From Candidatus Giovannonibacteria bacterium RIFCSPLOWO2_02_FULL_45_28 (GTDB lineage: Bacteria; Patescibacteriota; Minisyncoccia; UBA11713; 2-01-FULL-45-33): DNA of 64,000 nucleotides. Position numbers and translations under genes: made by a program. The stretch spans positions 2,127-66,126 of the forward strand of contig MFIM01000005.1 of NCBI GenBank assembly GCA_001780725.1. Reading direction: 5' to 3'. The notes under the pieces are model-generated. The model had not been told where the DNA came from. It was given only the letters and a program-made list of their open reading frames with translations, and searched no databases. Positions 54,832 through 63,644 of this stretch are shown here, piece after piece (the stretch's first letter is position 1; the number at the start of each line of letters is the position of its first letter).

Positions 54832-55842
54832 TTATTTTTTATAAATCCTTTCCACTATTTTTAAAGCCTGATATCCGTCCTCTCCCGAAGGCCGCGGCGT
54901 CCTCTTCTCGCGAATCGCTGATATAAACTCTTGCAATTCTTTCGCCAAAGATTGGTTTTTGTCCGCGCCGCAAAAAAATTCTTTTTCTTTCGGCGCGTCA
55001 AAATAATTTTTGCTTCTTAGACCGAGGGTCAGTTTTTCTTTCCCATATCCATATGGCACATTGCCTAATCCTTCTATCCGAATATAACCTAGCGTCCCGT
55101 AAATCTCAAAATTATGAACAGGATCCCAATTTGTCCAGCTTACATGAATTGAAGCCGTTTGATTTCTTTTGTTTTTAAGAATTAAAAAAGCGTTGTCATC
55201 CACCGATGAATTCCAGTAAAGATTTTCGGCAAATCCGCAAATATCCCGGAAGTTCCCCAAAAACATCCGGCAAAGATCTATCATATGAACACCCTGATCC
55301 AAAAGCTCTCCCCCGCCACTGACATTTTTATTTTGCCGCCATTCTTTTTCATAACCCAAACGTCCGCCGAACCCGTACCTGGCCCTTATAAATAAGATGT
55401 CGCCGATTTTTTTAGCTTTAATCAATTTGTCCGCCAAAAGATAGCTCGGATGGAAGCGATGATTAAAACCAACCATATAAGACAGATGGCGCTTTCCGGC
55501 AGCCTTTACTGCTTCGGCCAACTCCCCGGAGTTTACGCCGGCTGGTTTTTCACAAAGGACATGTTTTCCGGCTTTCAGCGCCTCTATTGAAAGCGGCGCT
55601 AAAAATTTATGCGGAACTGCGATAACTACCGCATAAATATCTTTCATTTTTAACAGTTGCCGCGGCTCCGAAAATGCTTCGCAATTTTTAAACTTGCTGG
55701 CCAATTCCTTTGCACCGAGAAAATTTTGGTCGGCAATGGCCCGCAAAGACGCTGCCCCGCACATTTTTAACGCGCTTGCCCAGCGGCTGCCCATGCGTCC
55801 CGCGCCGATTAAACCGAAATTATATTTTTTCTTACCAATCAT
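54832..55842 (-). CDS. Gfo/Idh/MocA-family oxidoreductase
   Basis: 336 aa with NFGLIGAGRMGSRWA N-terminal Rossmann and EKP motif. Confidence 0.7.
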   Translation of the reverse strand: MIGKKKYNFGLIGAGRMGSRWASALKMCGAASLRAIADQNFLGAKELASKFKNCEAFSEPRQLLKMKDIYAVVIAVPHKFLAPLSIEALKAGKHVLCEKPAGVNSGELAEAVKAAGKRHLSYMVGFNHRFHPSYLLADKLIKAKKIGDILFIRARYGFGGRLGYEKEWRQNKNVSGGGELLDQGVHMIDLCRMFLGNFRDICGFAENLYWNSSVDDNAFLILKNKRNQTASIHVSWTNWDPVHNFEIYGTLGYIRIEGLGNVPYGYGKEKLTLGLRSKNYFDAPKEKEFFCGADKNQSLAKELQEFISAIREKRTPRPSGEDGYQALKIVERIYKK

Positions 55843-56635
55843 AACCGCGGTCTTCCGGCCGAATACGGCGATAATTATAAATATCCGACTTTTTTATATC
55901 ATGCAAATGATCCGGAAATTCCCGCCACTTGTCCCATACTGCGCTTATATTTTTTCCGGTAATGCCGTTTGATTTTTCCGATGCCAAAAAAACGGCCAGC
56001 TCCGCCGCTTTTTCCGGAGAAGTTGTCTTTGATTCTCCTGACGCCTCCTTTAAAGCCGCCTCGTATTTTTCTTTTCCGGCGTGCTCCGGCCCGGCTTTAA
56101 TAAGATCCCGCGTAATCCCAGAATTAACCAGTCCGGGCGAGATAGCGTTGATTTCTATGCCGTAAGGCAAAAGCTCTTCCGCAAGCGACTCCACCAAACG
56201 CAAAACGCCGCCCTTGGAGCTTGCGTAAGAAGTAAAATTCGGCAAGGGTCCATCTCCTCCTCCCGCAAAAGCTATAATTTTCCCCTTCCCGCCCTTTTTA
56301 AGCAAAGGCAGGGCGTATTTAATGGAAAGCATCGTGCCGTACAAATTCACTTTTATAGCATCAAGCCATTTCTCCGCATCGCACTTTTCCAGAGAACCAA
56401 TCTCGCCATAAATGCCTGCAGCCGTTACCAAAATATCCAACGCGCCGAATTTTTTTTCAACCAAGCCCATAAGACCTTTTACGCTTTCTTGATTGGTAAC
56501 GTCTACCGGATAAGCGCCAGACCTGCTGGCCGTTATAACATCGCATCCTTCCCGCTCAAAAAACTCGGCGATGGTTTTACCTATCACGCCACTGCCTCCC
56601 GTGATTAACGCTTTTTTATTTTTTAAAATCATCAA
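55832..56635 (-). CDS. SDR-family oxidoreductase
   Basis: ALITGGSGVIGKTIA...YASSKGG (YxxxK). Confidence 0.7.
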   Translation of the reverse strand: MMILKNKKALITGGSGVIGKTIAEFFEREGCDVITASRSGAYPVDVTNQESVKGLMGLVEKKFGALDILVTAAGIYGEIGSLEKCDAEKWLDAIKVNLYGTMLSIKYALPLLKKGGKGKIIAFAGGGDGPLPNFTSYASSKGGVLRLVESLAEELLPYGIEINAISPGLVNSGITRDLIKAGPEHAGKEKYEAALKEASGESKTTSPEKAAELAVFLASEKSNGITGKNISAVWDKWREFPDHLHDIKKSDIYNYRRIRPEDRGYDW

Positions 56636-56653
56636 GTTTATTTTTATTATTAC

Positions 56654-57472
56654 TCACCGCGCCAAGTTTAATAAATAATGGTTAGTCTCATGAAGTTTAA
56701 AACCGACTTTTTGATAAAGAGCGTTTGCCGCGAGTCTTTTGGGGTTGGTTGTTAGCTCAACTACCTCCACACCATTGTTTTTTGCCCATCTTATTAGATC
56801 AAGCAAAATTTTCTCGCCCAGTCCCTTACCGCGATGTCGTTCGTCAACAATCATATCTTCCACGACAGCTTGGTGGCGCAACTTTGTCTGGCGAGGAAAA
56901 ATCCAGCCAATACCGATAAGTTCGCCATTTTCTTCTATTTTGCTGATATAGCCTTCCACAATCGCCCTATAAAGCGATTGCTCGTTCACAACGGCGGCAG
57001 GATCCAGCTGTGCCACAAGCTTCCGGATTTCATCCAAGTTGTAAGTAAATTTCTTCTTTATAAATTCAAGTATCTTTTGGTTTGAATCAAAAGCAACGGT
57101 TTTAAGCTCAAATATGGGCACAAACGCAATTTCAGCATTCTCTTCAAGGTTCAGTTTAATATCACCGGCCAGCTCCGCCAGATACGCAAAAGATAAAACA
57201 GGAAAGCCATATTTTTTATAACTGGCAGTGCCCGCGAACGCGCCAAGGTATGTGAAGCGCGAATCCACACCCAGCTCCTCTTTGATTTCTCTCTGCAAAG
57301 CCTCCTCCGGTGTTTCACCTTGTTGAAGATACCCGCCTATAAAATCCCATTTGCCCTTAAATGGTTCTTCGTTCCGTTTCGCCACCAAAAGTTTCTGTTC
57401 GCGAATAACAACGGCAGTCGCTGTCGGCTTAGGATTTTCAAACGCACAAAGCTCGCAGTCGGTATTTTTCAT
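56654..57472 (-). CDS. fusion: Zn-ribbon + NUDIX hydrolase + C-terminal GNAT acetyltransferase
   Basis: CELCAF ribbon; NUDIX box GKWDFIGGYLQQGETPEEALQREIKEELGV (GX5EX7REUXEEXGU). C-terminal GNAT DERHRGKGLGEKILLDLIRWAKNNG. Confidence 0.55.
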   Translation of the reverse strand: MKNTDCELCAFENPKPTATAVVIREQKLLVAKRNEEPFKGKWDFIGGYLQQGETPEEALQREIKEELGVDSRFTYLGAFAGTASYKKYGFPVLSFAYLAELAGDIKLNLEENAEIAFVPIFELKTVAFDSNQKILEFIKKKFTYNLDEIRKLVAQLDPAAVVNEQSLYRAIVEGYISKIEENGELIGIGWIFPRQTKLRHQAVVEDMIVDERHRGKGLGEKILLDLIRWAKNNGVEVVELTTNPKRLAANALYQKVGFKLHETNHYLLNLAR

Positions 57473-58476
57473 ATCGTGTGCGTGCGCGGCTTATTTAATA
57501 AAACCTGCGCGCCCGCCGAATCCACCGTAAAAGGCACTTCTTTCATTTTATGTTTTGAAAATACTCCGCGCACGGCGTCCTGCGTTCCCTCGCGGCAATA
57601 AACCAAAAAGAAACCGCCTCCGCCGGCGCCCAAAATTTTGCCCCCAAAAGCTCCGTTCTTTTTGGCTTCTTCATAAATTTCGTCAAAAAGATTATTGCTC
57701 ATTTTAGATGACATTTTTCTTTTAAGCTTCCAGTGTTCATCCATCAAATATCCAAAATCGTCCAAACGCCCGTTTTCAAAGACACCTAAAATATTTTGTC
57801 CGATTCTTTTTGTTTGATGCTTCAGTTCAACGGCATCGTTTTGGTTTTGGCGAACACTCATTTGCTGCTCGCGTAAAATATCCTCGCTTGAGCGGCGCAC
57901 GCCGGTATAAAAAAGAAGCGTGCGCCTCTCAAAATCATCCTGAACAGCTTTTGGTATGTTCGCGTTAGAAACCGCAACCGCGCCCGAAGGAGCAATATCC
58001 AAAACGCAAAAATTCCCAAAAGAAGCCAAATAAAAATCCTGTTTGCCGTCCGGGAGCCCCAAATCAGAGGTTGCAATATCAAAGGCTTCTTCGGCCAATT
58101 GTTGCTTTGAAATATTTTCTCCTTTTAAGATGTGCAGGGCATTTAACAAGCCGACCATATAACTAGCGGAGCTGCCCATGCCTGTGCCGTCAGGGACATC
58201 AGCGTTTGAAGAAACCTCTATCATTTTATCAATACCGGTGCGTTTGAGAGCGGCTTTCGCCATCTTATGTTTCAAGTCATCCAGTTTCTCAACTTCCTCG
58301 CTCTCGCGGTACTTCAATCTTATCAACTCATCAACCGGAGGGCGGTTGATGTTTATGTACATGTATAAATTTACTGCCGCGGCGAAAATAAAACCGCCGT
58401 GCTTTTCATAATAAGCCGGCAAATCAGTTGAGCCTCCGCCAAGAGGCAGACGAAATGGCGTTCTGGTTAAAATCAT
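57469..58476 (-). CDS. GHMP-family sugar kinase (HddA-like heptose-7-phosphate kinase candidate)
   Basis: 335 aa with the ATP-binding motif PDGTGMGSSASYMVGLLNAL (PxGSGLGSSAA). Lies in the heptose gene context (gmhA, gmhB, NTP-transferase). Confidence 0.55.
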   Translation of the reverse strand: MILTRTPFRLPLGGGSTDLPAYYEKHGGFIFAAAVNLYMYININRPPVDELIRLKYRESEEVEKLDDLKHKMAKAALKRTGIDKMIEVSSNADVPDGTGMGSSASYMVGLLNALHILKGENISKQQLAEEAFDIATSDLGLPDGKQDFYLASFGNFCVLDIAPSGAVAVSNANIPKAVQDDFERRTLLFYTGVRRSSEDILREQQMSVRQNQNDAVELKHQTKRIGQNILGVFENGRLDDFGYLMDEHWKLKRKMSSKMSNNLFDEIYEEAKKNGAFGGKILGAGGGGFFLVYCREGTQDAVRGVFSKHKMKEVPFTVDSAGAQVLLNKPRTHTI

Positions 58477-58487
58477 AAATTAATTAA

Positions 58488-59417
58488 CTACTTTGGAGTT
58501 TCAATTCGCTCCTTAATGGTATAAGGAGTTTTTCTGGTGGTCTCAAAATAAATTCTCAACATCAGCTCGGCCAAAAAGCCGATCATAAAAAATAAAATTC
58601 CGGAAAGAATAAAAAAGATCGCGAGAATCGGCAAGGGGGTTTGCCCGAAATTACGAAGCCCCGCCAGTTTAAGATAAATTGCAGTAGCGCCGACCACAAT
58701 GCCCAATAAAACAGATACAATTCCGGCGCCGCCAAAAAATATCAGAGGCCGACCGGTTAAACTGGCCATGAATTTAATTGTAAGCAAATCAAAGATGTCT
58801 TTCACCGCTTTCATAAAATAATGTTTAGAAATGCCAAATTCTCTTGCATGATGCAAAACCGGAATTTCCGCGACTTTGGCTCCTTTCATATAAAGATATG
58901 CCGGCAAAAACACGTGCATCTCTCCGTACAAATGAATCGGCGCCAGAACCTCGCGCCGGTAAGCTTTAAGAGCGCAAGCTGAATCGTGAAGATAAAGGCC
59001 GGTCATCTTGGCAGTAAGCCAATTGGCAAGCCGCGAAAGCACGCGCCTCCCGGAAGAATCATGCCGATCGGTCCTCCAGCCAGACACAACATCGTATCCT
59101 TCCCTGATTTTTGCGACGAGTTTAGGAATGTCCGCAGGGTCGTTTTGCAAGTCGCCGTCCATTGTGATAATTATGTCTCCTCGGGTTTCATGTATTCCGG
59201 CGTCCAGCGCGGCGGTCTGTCCTAACGGCATCGCCAAAATAATTATTTTTATTTCCCTTAAGGATTTTAAAATTTTCAGCGTCTCATCGGTAGACCCATC
59301 TTCTACAAAGATAACTTCGTAAGGTTCGTTAAGTTTTCGCATCACATCAACTATTTTACCGTGCAAAATAGCGACATTTTTTTCTTCGTTATAGACCGGA
59401 ATGACGATTGAAATCAT
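58488..59417 (-). CDS. GT2 polyprenyl-phosphate sugar transferase, ArnC/GtrB-like (two C-terminal TM helices)
   Basis: ISIVIPVYNEEKN...FVEDGSTD...TMDGDLQND (DXD). C-terminal TM pair. Confidence 0.6.
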   Translation of the reverse strand: MISIVIPVYNEEKNVAILHGKIVDVMRKLNEPYEVIFVEDGSTDETLKILKSLREIKIIILAMPLGQTAALDAGIHETRGDIIITMDGDLQNDPADIPKLVAKIREGYDVVSGWRTDRHDSSGRRVLSRLANWLTAKMTGLYLHDSACALKAYRREVLAPIHLYGEMHVFLPAYLYMKGAKVAEIPVLHHAREFGISKHYFMKAVKDIFDLLTIKFMASLTGRPLIFFGGAGIVSVLLGIVVGATAIYLKLAGLRNFGQTPLPILAIFFILSGILFFMIGFLAELMLRIYFETTRKTPYTIKERIETPK

Positions 59418-59456
59418 AATGTTATGTTATTATATTTTCTAACAAAATCAAGCTAT

Positions 59457-59485
59457 TGCAATTTTTTAAGAGTTATGCTATAAGT
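59457..59485 (+). promoter_or_regulatory. sigma70-like promoter candidate (TTGCAA-N17-TATAAG) for the 59522 gene set
   Basis: -35 at 59457..59462 and -10 at 59480..59485. AAGAAGGCGG RBS before ATG 59522. Confidence 0.3.
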
Positions 59486-59521
59486 ATAAACAGTAATTCT
59501 TTAAAAAGAAGGCGGTAAAAT

Positions 59522-59962
59522 ATGGACACAATCTCTTTGGGACTCGTTCTCGTAATAGGCCTTGCCTTCTGGGGCGGCTGGCCTCTTGTTGCGCAAGCGA
59601 GCGATATCAAAGACCCGCTTGTGAGAGGGTTTTTAGTAAACGCAGTAACTGCAATTGGTTTCTTGCCATTTCTGCTAGGCAAAATGTCCGGCGGCGTTCT
59701 CAACTCATCCGGAGGCAGAATTCTGATTGTAGCCGGGCTTTTCAACTTCGCTGGCCATCTTCTGTTTCCAAAATTACAAACCATGGCTGGTAGCCAAGTG
59801 TCAATTTACATGACGATGATTCCGGCTCTTGTTATCGCGGCAAGCGCTGTCGGCGGTCCAATATTCTATGCCGATGCCGTAACAATTCCTAAAATATTTT
59901 TCACGCTAATAATTGTGATCGGCATAATCGGCTTAGCGTATACATCTGTATCGCTCAACTAG
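59522..59962 (+). CDS. small 4-TM membrane protein (GtrA / ArnE-ArnF-like flippase-subunit candidate)
   Basis: 146 aa with four hydrophobic segments. Divergent from the ArnC/GtrB-like GT2. Confidence 0.35.
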   Translation: MDTISLGLVLVIGLAFWGGWPLVAQASDIKDPLVRGFLVNAVTAIGFLPFLLGKMSGGVLNSSGGRILIVAGLFNFAGHLLFPKLQTMAGSQVSIYMTMIPALVIAASAVGGPIFYADAVTIPKIFFTLIIVIGIIGLAYTSVSLN

Positions 59963-59976
59963 AAAGGAGAATACAA

Positions 59977-60921
59977 ATGCATTCAGTATTGTTCGCTGTT
60001 GCAAAGTGGATATCGCCGGAGGCGTTAGCGCTTGTAAGAGCCGTTTATAAAGCAGGTGAGGCAATTAAAACCATGCCGCGCCACGCGGAAATTGCCGCAG
60101 GCCAAGGGCACCGTTCGCTTATCACCAAAGGCGACGAGCTTGCTCGCGACATCATAGTGAAGCACCTCGCCAATTCAATTTCCGGAATTAAAATTCTGTC
60201 CGAAGAAGAAAGCGCGCATCCCGCTCTGCTTTCCGAACACGATCCGAAAGGAATACTCGGAAAAGGAATATTTGGTGTGATAGATCCAATAGATTCAACT
60301 GTCAATTATGCAGAGGATAGCGCCAATTGGTGCGTTGGAGGCGGATTGATTGCAGATGGCATCCCGCGCGTTAGTGCAATCTATGCTCCGGCCAACAACA
60401 ACGGCTTGTTTATTCTTGCCGCGAAAGGCTATGGCGTATGGTGCGCTGAATGGGATCAAGAACCACGACTCATTATTGTGGATCTTGATATTTCTTCCAA
60501 AAAAAGCGTCGTCCGAGTAGGAGTTGATACGTTTCTCTATCGCGCAGTGATGTCTATCATGCCGGAGATTGCATGCAACGTGCGTGCAGTATATTCAACG
60601 GGATCCGGCATACTTGGCTTAGCCAATGTTGCTATTGGAAAATCTCAAGTCGTGATTCAGTCCCCGCAAAAAGCGTGGGACTGGGCGGCTGCGTACTCTG
60701 CAGTTGTTGAAAGTGGAAACGTATTTCAATTTTTCCGCATCAAAGATGGCGGGGCAATTATTCCTGTGGAAACTTTTGACTACGAAGCGTTTTGCTTTGA
60801 ACCAAAAGGGCGTCTGGGTTTTGTCGCCGGAGTTCCCTTGCTTGTAAAAAAGGTGTGGGATCTTCTTCCCAAAAATGGTTGGCAACGAGTCAACCCTGAT
60901 ACTGTCTCCGCAACTTGGTAA
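59977..60921 (+). CDS. inositol-monophosphatase-family phosphatase, CysQ-like 3'(2'),5'-bisphosphate nucleotidase candidate
   Basis: 314 aa with the metal-binding ILSEEES, IDPIDST (DPIDGT motif) and WDWAAA (WDxAAG motif). AAAGGAGA RBS. Confidence 0.5.
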   Translation: MHSVLFAVAKWISPEALALVRAVYKAGEAIKTMPRHAEIAAGQGHRSLITKGDELARDIIVKHLANSISGIKILSEEESAHPALLSEHDPKGILGKGIFGVIDPIDSTVNYAEDSANWCVGGGLIADGIPRVSAIYAPANNNGLFILAAKGYGVWCAEWDQEPRLIIVDLDISSKKSVVRVGVDTFLYRAVMSIMPEIACNVRAVYSTGSGILGLANVAIGKSQVVIQSPQKAWDWAAAYSAVVESGNVFQFFRIKDGGAIIPVETFDYEAFCFEPKGRLGFVAGVPLLVKKVWDLLPKNGWQRVNPDTVSATW

Positions 60922-60933
60922 AGGAGATGTTTC

Positions 60934-61629
60934 GTGAATAGTCTTTTGGCGATTCTAGGACGAGGAATTCAGCGCTTGCCCGATGGTTCTTGGACAGTAA
61001 CCGAGGATCTCGAGATATGTGCGGAGAATAGCGCACATCTAACCGACCGTGTTCCCGCAGACGACGAAAATCCGCATTGTTTAATTGGTGGCGGGGAACT
61101 TAATCTATTAGCAGGAATCCAGCTGCACAAAAGAGGGTTTGGAGATATCGTTGTCTGCGCCTACGGCGACCGATCGGACTATCTCAAATCAATTGACGCA
61201 CCAAGCGAATCTATGATAGTGAGCGATCTCTTTCTGAAATATTGTCCGAATGCGCTCATCAGGGTATGGACAAAAGAAATGTCTATGCCGGGTCCGTCAA
61301 ATACCAACCGCGAGCTTCAAAACATTTTTGAGCTTGCGGTAAAAGAAAAAATTGATGCGGTTGCCATAGTCACGATTGACCTTCATATGCCACGGACGTT
61401 GGTGATGGCCCAACGACATCTCGCGAAACATAAATTTCGGCGCTTAGACGCGCGGTTCTTTGTGAGCGAGCAAGTGCTTGCGGAAGCAGATCCGAAAACG
61501 TACGGCCAGCGCCGCGAAACCTTGCGCCGCTCTAAAGCGATGGCGCGCAATTGGGCGAGGGAACAATTAGGAATCTTCAAGGTGATCACCGATGCGTACG
61601 GTGATGAAAAACCGAAAGTCGCGGCATAA
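60934..61629 (+). CDS. DUF218/YdcF-like protein
   Basis: GTG start with an AAGGAG RBS. GGGELNLLAGIQLHKRGFGDIVVCAYG resembles the DUF218 core. Confidence 0.4.
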   Translation: MNSLLAILGRGIQRLPDGSWTVTEDLEICAENSAHLTDRVPADDENPHCLIGGGELNLLAGIQLHKRGFGDIVVCAYGDRSDYLKSIDAPSESMIVSDLFLKYCPNALIRVWTKEMSMPGPSNTNRELQNIFELAVKEKIDAVAIVTIDLHMPRTLVMAQRHLAKHKFRRLDARFFVSEQVLAEADPKTYGQRRETLRRSKAMARNWAREQLGIFKVITDAYGDEKPKVAA

Positions 61630-61643
61630 AATCCGCGATTTTT

Positions 61644-62948
61644 TTATCTGCCTACGCCGATATATAAAAATCCGCGTTTTTTGATTTCTTTTTCTCTCTC
61701 ATAAAAATAGTTTCCGGTGTCAAAAAACATGAAGGGCTTTTTCATGAGCGACTTCATTTTTTTTAAGTTTATTTTTTTAAATTCCGGAGAGTTGTTAACA
61801 AAAACCGCAGCGCAAGAATTTTTAAAAGCCATATACGGATCTTTATAAAATTTAAACCCCGTTAAGAGCTCCGCCTCCGACGGATTAGCAATAGGGTCAT
61901 GCGTTGATATTATTGCGCCTTCTTTTTTTAATTTTTTAATAATTTCCAAAGACATGGCGCGGCGCAAAGTCGGAGTCCCCGGCTTATATGTAAGACCGAG
62001 TATTGCAATTTTTTTGTTGCGCAATGGCCCAAGGTATTTTTTTAAATACGCAACCACTAAATTGCGCCTAAGATTATTCCTACGAAAAACCGTTGATATC
62101 AGAGGGATTTTTATCCCGGCCTCGCGGCTTTTTTTAATAAGAATTTTTAAATCTCGAGCCAGTGTTCCTCCCGAAAAACCAATTCCGGCGTTGAGATACG
62201 CGCGCGGCCCGATTCTTTTATCGGAGCGGAGCGATTTGGTAATATCAACCGCATCCGCGCCGTAAGCCGCGGCCAAATCAGAAATATCGTCAATAAAACC
62301 TATGGAAGTTGCCAGAAAGGCGTTTAGTGCATGCTTGCTCATCTCCGCCGAAGCCGTGCTCATTGGCAGAAAAGTTGTTTTGATGCCGGAAAAAATGTTT
62401 TCTATTTTTTTAATAACACGCCCGCTTGGCGCCCCGATGACTATCCGGTCAGGTTCAAAAAAACTTTTAATCGCCCTGCCTAATTGTAAATTTTCCGGAG
62501 CGTAAGCCAAATCAAATTTAAATCCGCGGCGAAGTTTTGCCAAAAATTTTTCAATCTCCGCGCAAGTCCCAACCGGCACCTGGCTGGAAATAATAATCAA
62601 CGCGTTATTTTTAAAAAATCCCACATTCTTTCTGAAAAAAACCCGAATCGGGCCCAAATCAACATTGTCCCGGTCGTCAACCGGCGTATCAAAAGCCAGC
62701 CATACTATATCGCGTGTTTTTAATTGTTTAAATTCGTTGCTGAAAGACAACCGCCCGTTTTCTATATTTTTCTTGATAATTTTTGCCAATTCCGGTTCGG
62801 CAAGCGGCAGAATGTATTTATTCAGATTAGAAACGGTTCCGCGATTTTCATCAAAACCAATCACGTTGTGCCCCAAATCGGCAAGGCAGGCACTATAAAC
62901 TTCTCCCAAGTGCCACAAACCGACTACGCCTATTTTATATTTTTTCAT
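61644..62948 (-). CDS. nucleotide-sugar dehydrogenase homolog (UDP-Glc/GDP-Man DH family) with non-canonical active-site motif
   Basis: 434 aa with KIGVVGLWHLGEVYSACLA as the N-terminal NAD fold. The position of the GGxCxxKD catalytic motif reads GFSGGTLARD, i.e. Cys to Thr and Lys to Arg. Confidence 0.6.
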   Translation of the reverse strand: MKKYKIGVVGLWHLGEVYSACLADLGHNVIGFDENRGTVSNLNKYILPLAEPELAKIIKKNIENGRLSFSNEFKQLKTRDIVWLAFDTPVDDRDNVDLGPIRVFFRKNVGFFKNNALIIISSQVPVGTCAEIEKFLAKLRRGFKFDLAYAPENLQLGRAIKSFFEPDRIVIGAPSGRVIKKIENIFSGIKTTFLPMSTASAEMSKHALNAFLATSIGFIDDISDLAAAYGADAVDITKSLRSDKRIGPRAYLNAGIGFSGGTLARDLKILIKKSREAGIKIPLISTVFRRNNLRRNLVVAYLKKYLGPLRNKKIAILGLTYKPGTPTLRRAMSLEIIKKLKKEGAIISTHDPIANPSEAELLTGFKFYKDPYMAFKNSCAAVFVNNSPEFKKINLKKMKSLMKKPFMFFDTGNYFYEREKEIKKRGFLYIGVGR

Positions 62949-63640
62949 TGAAGCGGTTTTAAAGTAAGGCCGATAACTAAGTTGATTTGAATTGAAGGGA
63001 CAAACAAAGGAAAAAACGACCTTTTAACAACACGGAAGCGGTGCGGAAGCTCTTCCAAAACTTCAACGGCCATATTAATGTGCTCGCTTTTAATGCACCA
63101 ATCATAACTTTGACGGTAGCGCTTTTCAAAAATACGCCGCGCGCTAATCCGCCTCGCAAGAGCGTATGTCAATCCGCCTTCGCAAGGAATCACCGCACGA
63201 AATTCGCCGGTCGGTTTAAGCAGACGGCTGATTTCATTTAGAGCGGCGGGCAAGTTTGGTAAATGTTCCAGCACATGGATAGCCACAACTCTATCAAAAT
63301 ATTGATCTGGAAAATTAAGCCGCTTTTGGCAGTCTCCGACGATAACGGTGACCCCGGGAAACCGCCGCTTAATCACTTCGGCCATGTCCGGCAGCAATTC
63401 CACTGCGTAATATTCCGTATCTGTCAAATTTTCATAAGCAATGTGCTCGCCCAATCCAGCGCCTATTTCCAAAACTTTTCCGCCGGGTTTTGCGCCACGC
63501 AATGGATAACCGTGATTAAATCGCTCAATTAGGCCATAACGCTTCGGCAAAACCTCATGCCAATATTTCATAAAGTCCCGCTTAATTTCGGTTTGCTGCG
63601 CAGTCAGCTCCGGAAGATGTTTTGGCCATTTGTTCTCCAT
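62945..63640 (-). CDS. class I SAM-dependent methyltransferase
   Basis: 231 aa with VLEIGAGLGEHIAY motif I. Confidence 0.6.
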   Translation of the reverse strand: MENKWPKHLPELTAQQTEIKRDFMKYWHEVLPKRYGLIERFNHGYPLRGAKPGGKVLEIGAGLGEHIAYENLTDTEYYAVELLPDMAEVIKRRFPGVTVIVGDCQKRLNFPDQYFDRVVAIHVLEHLPNLPAALNEISRLLKPTGEFRAVIPCEGGLTYALARRISARRIFEKRYRQSYDWCIKSEHINMAVEVLEELPHRFRVVKRSFFPLFVPSIQINLVIGLTLKPLQ

Positions 63641-63644
63641 CGTA

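Noticed and set aside
61629-61690. Direct repeat aaaatccgcg(a/t)ttttt twice near the 61629/61644 convergent junction, considered as a terminator
   Set aside because: No convincing GC-rich stem can be drawn (only A/T pairing), and the second copy lies within coding sequence.
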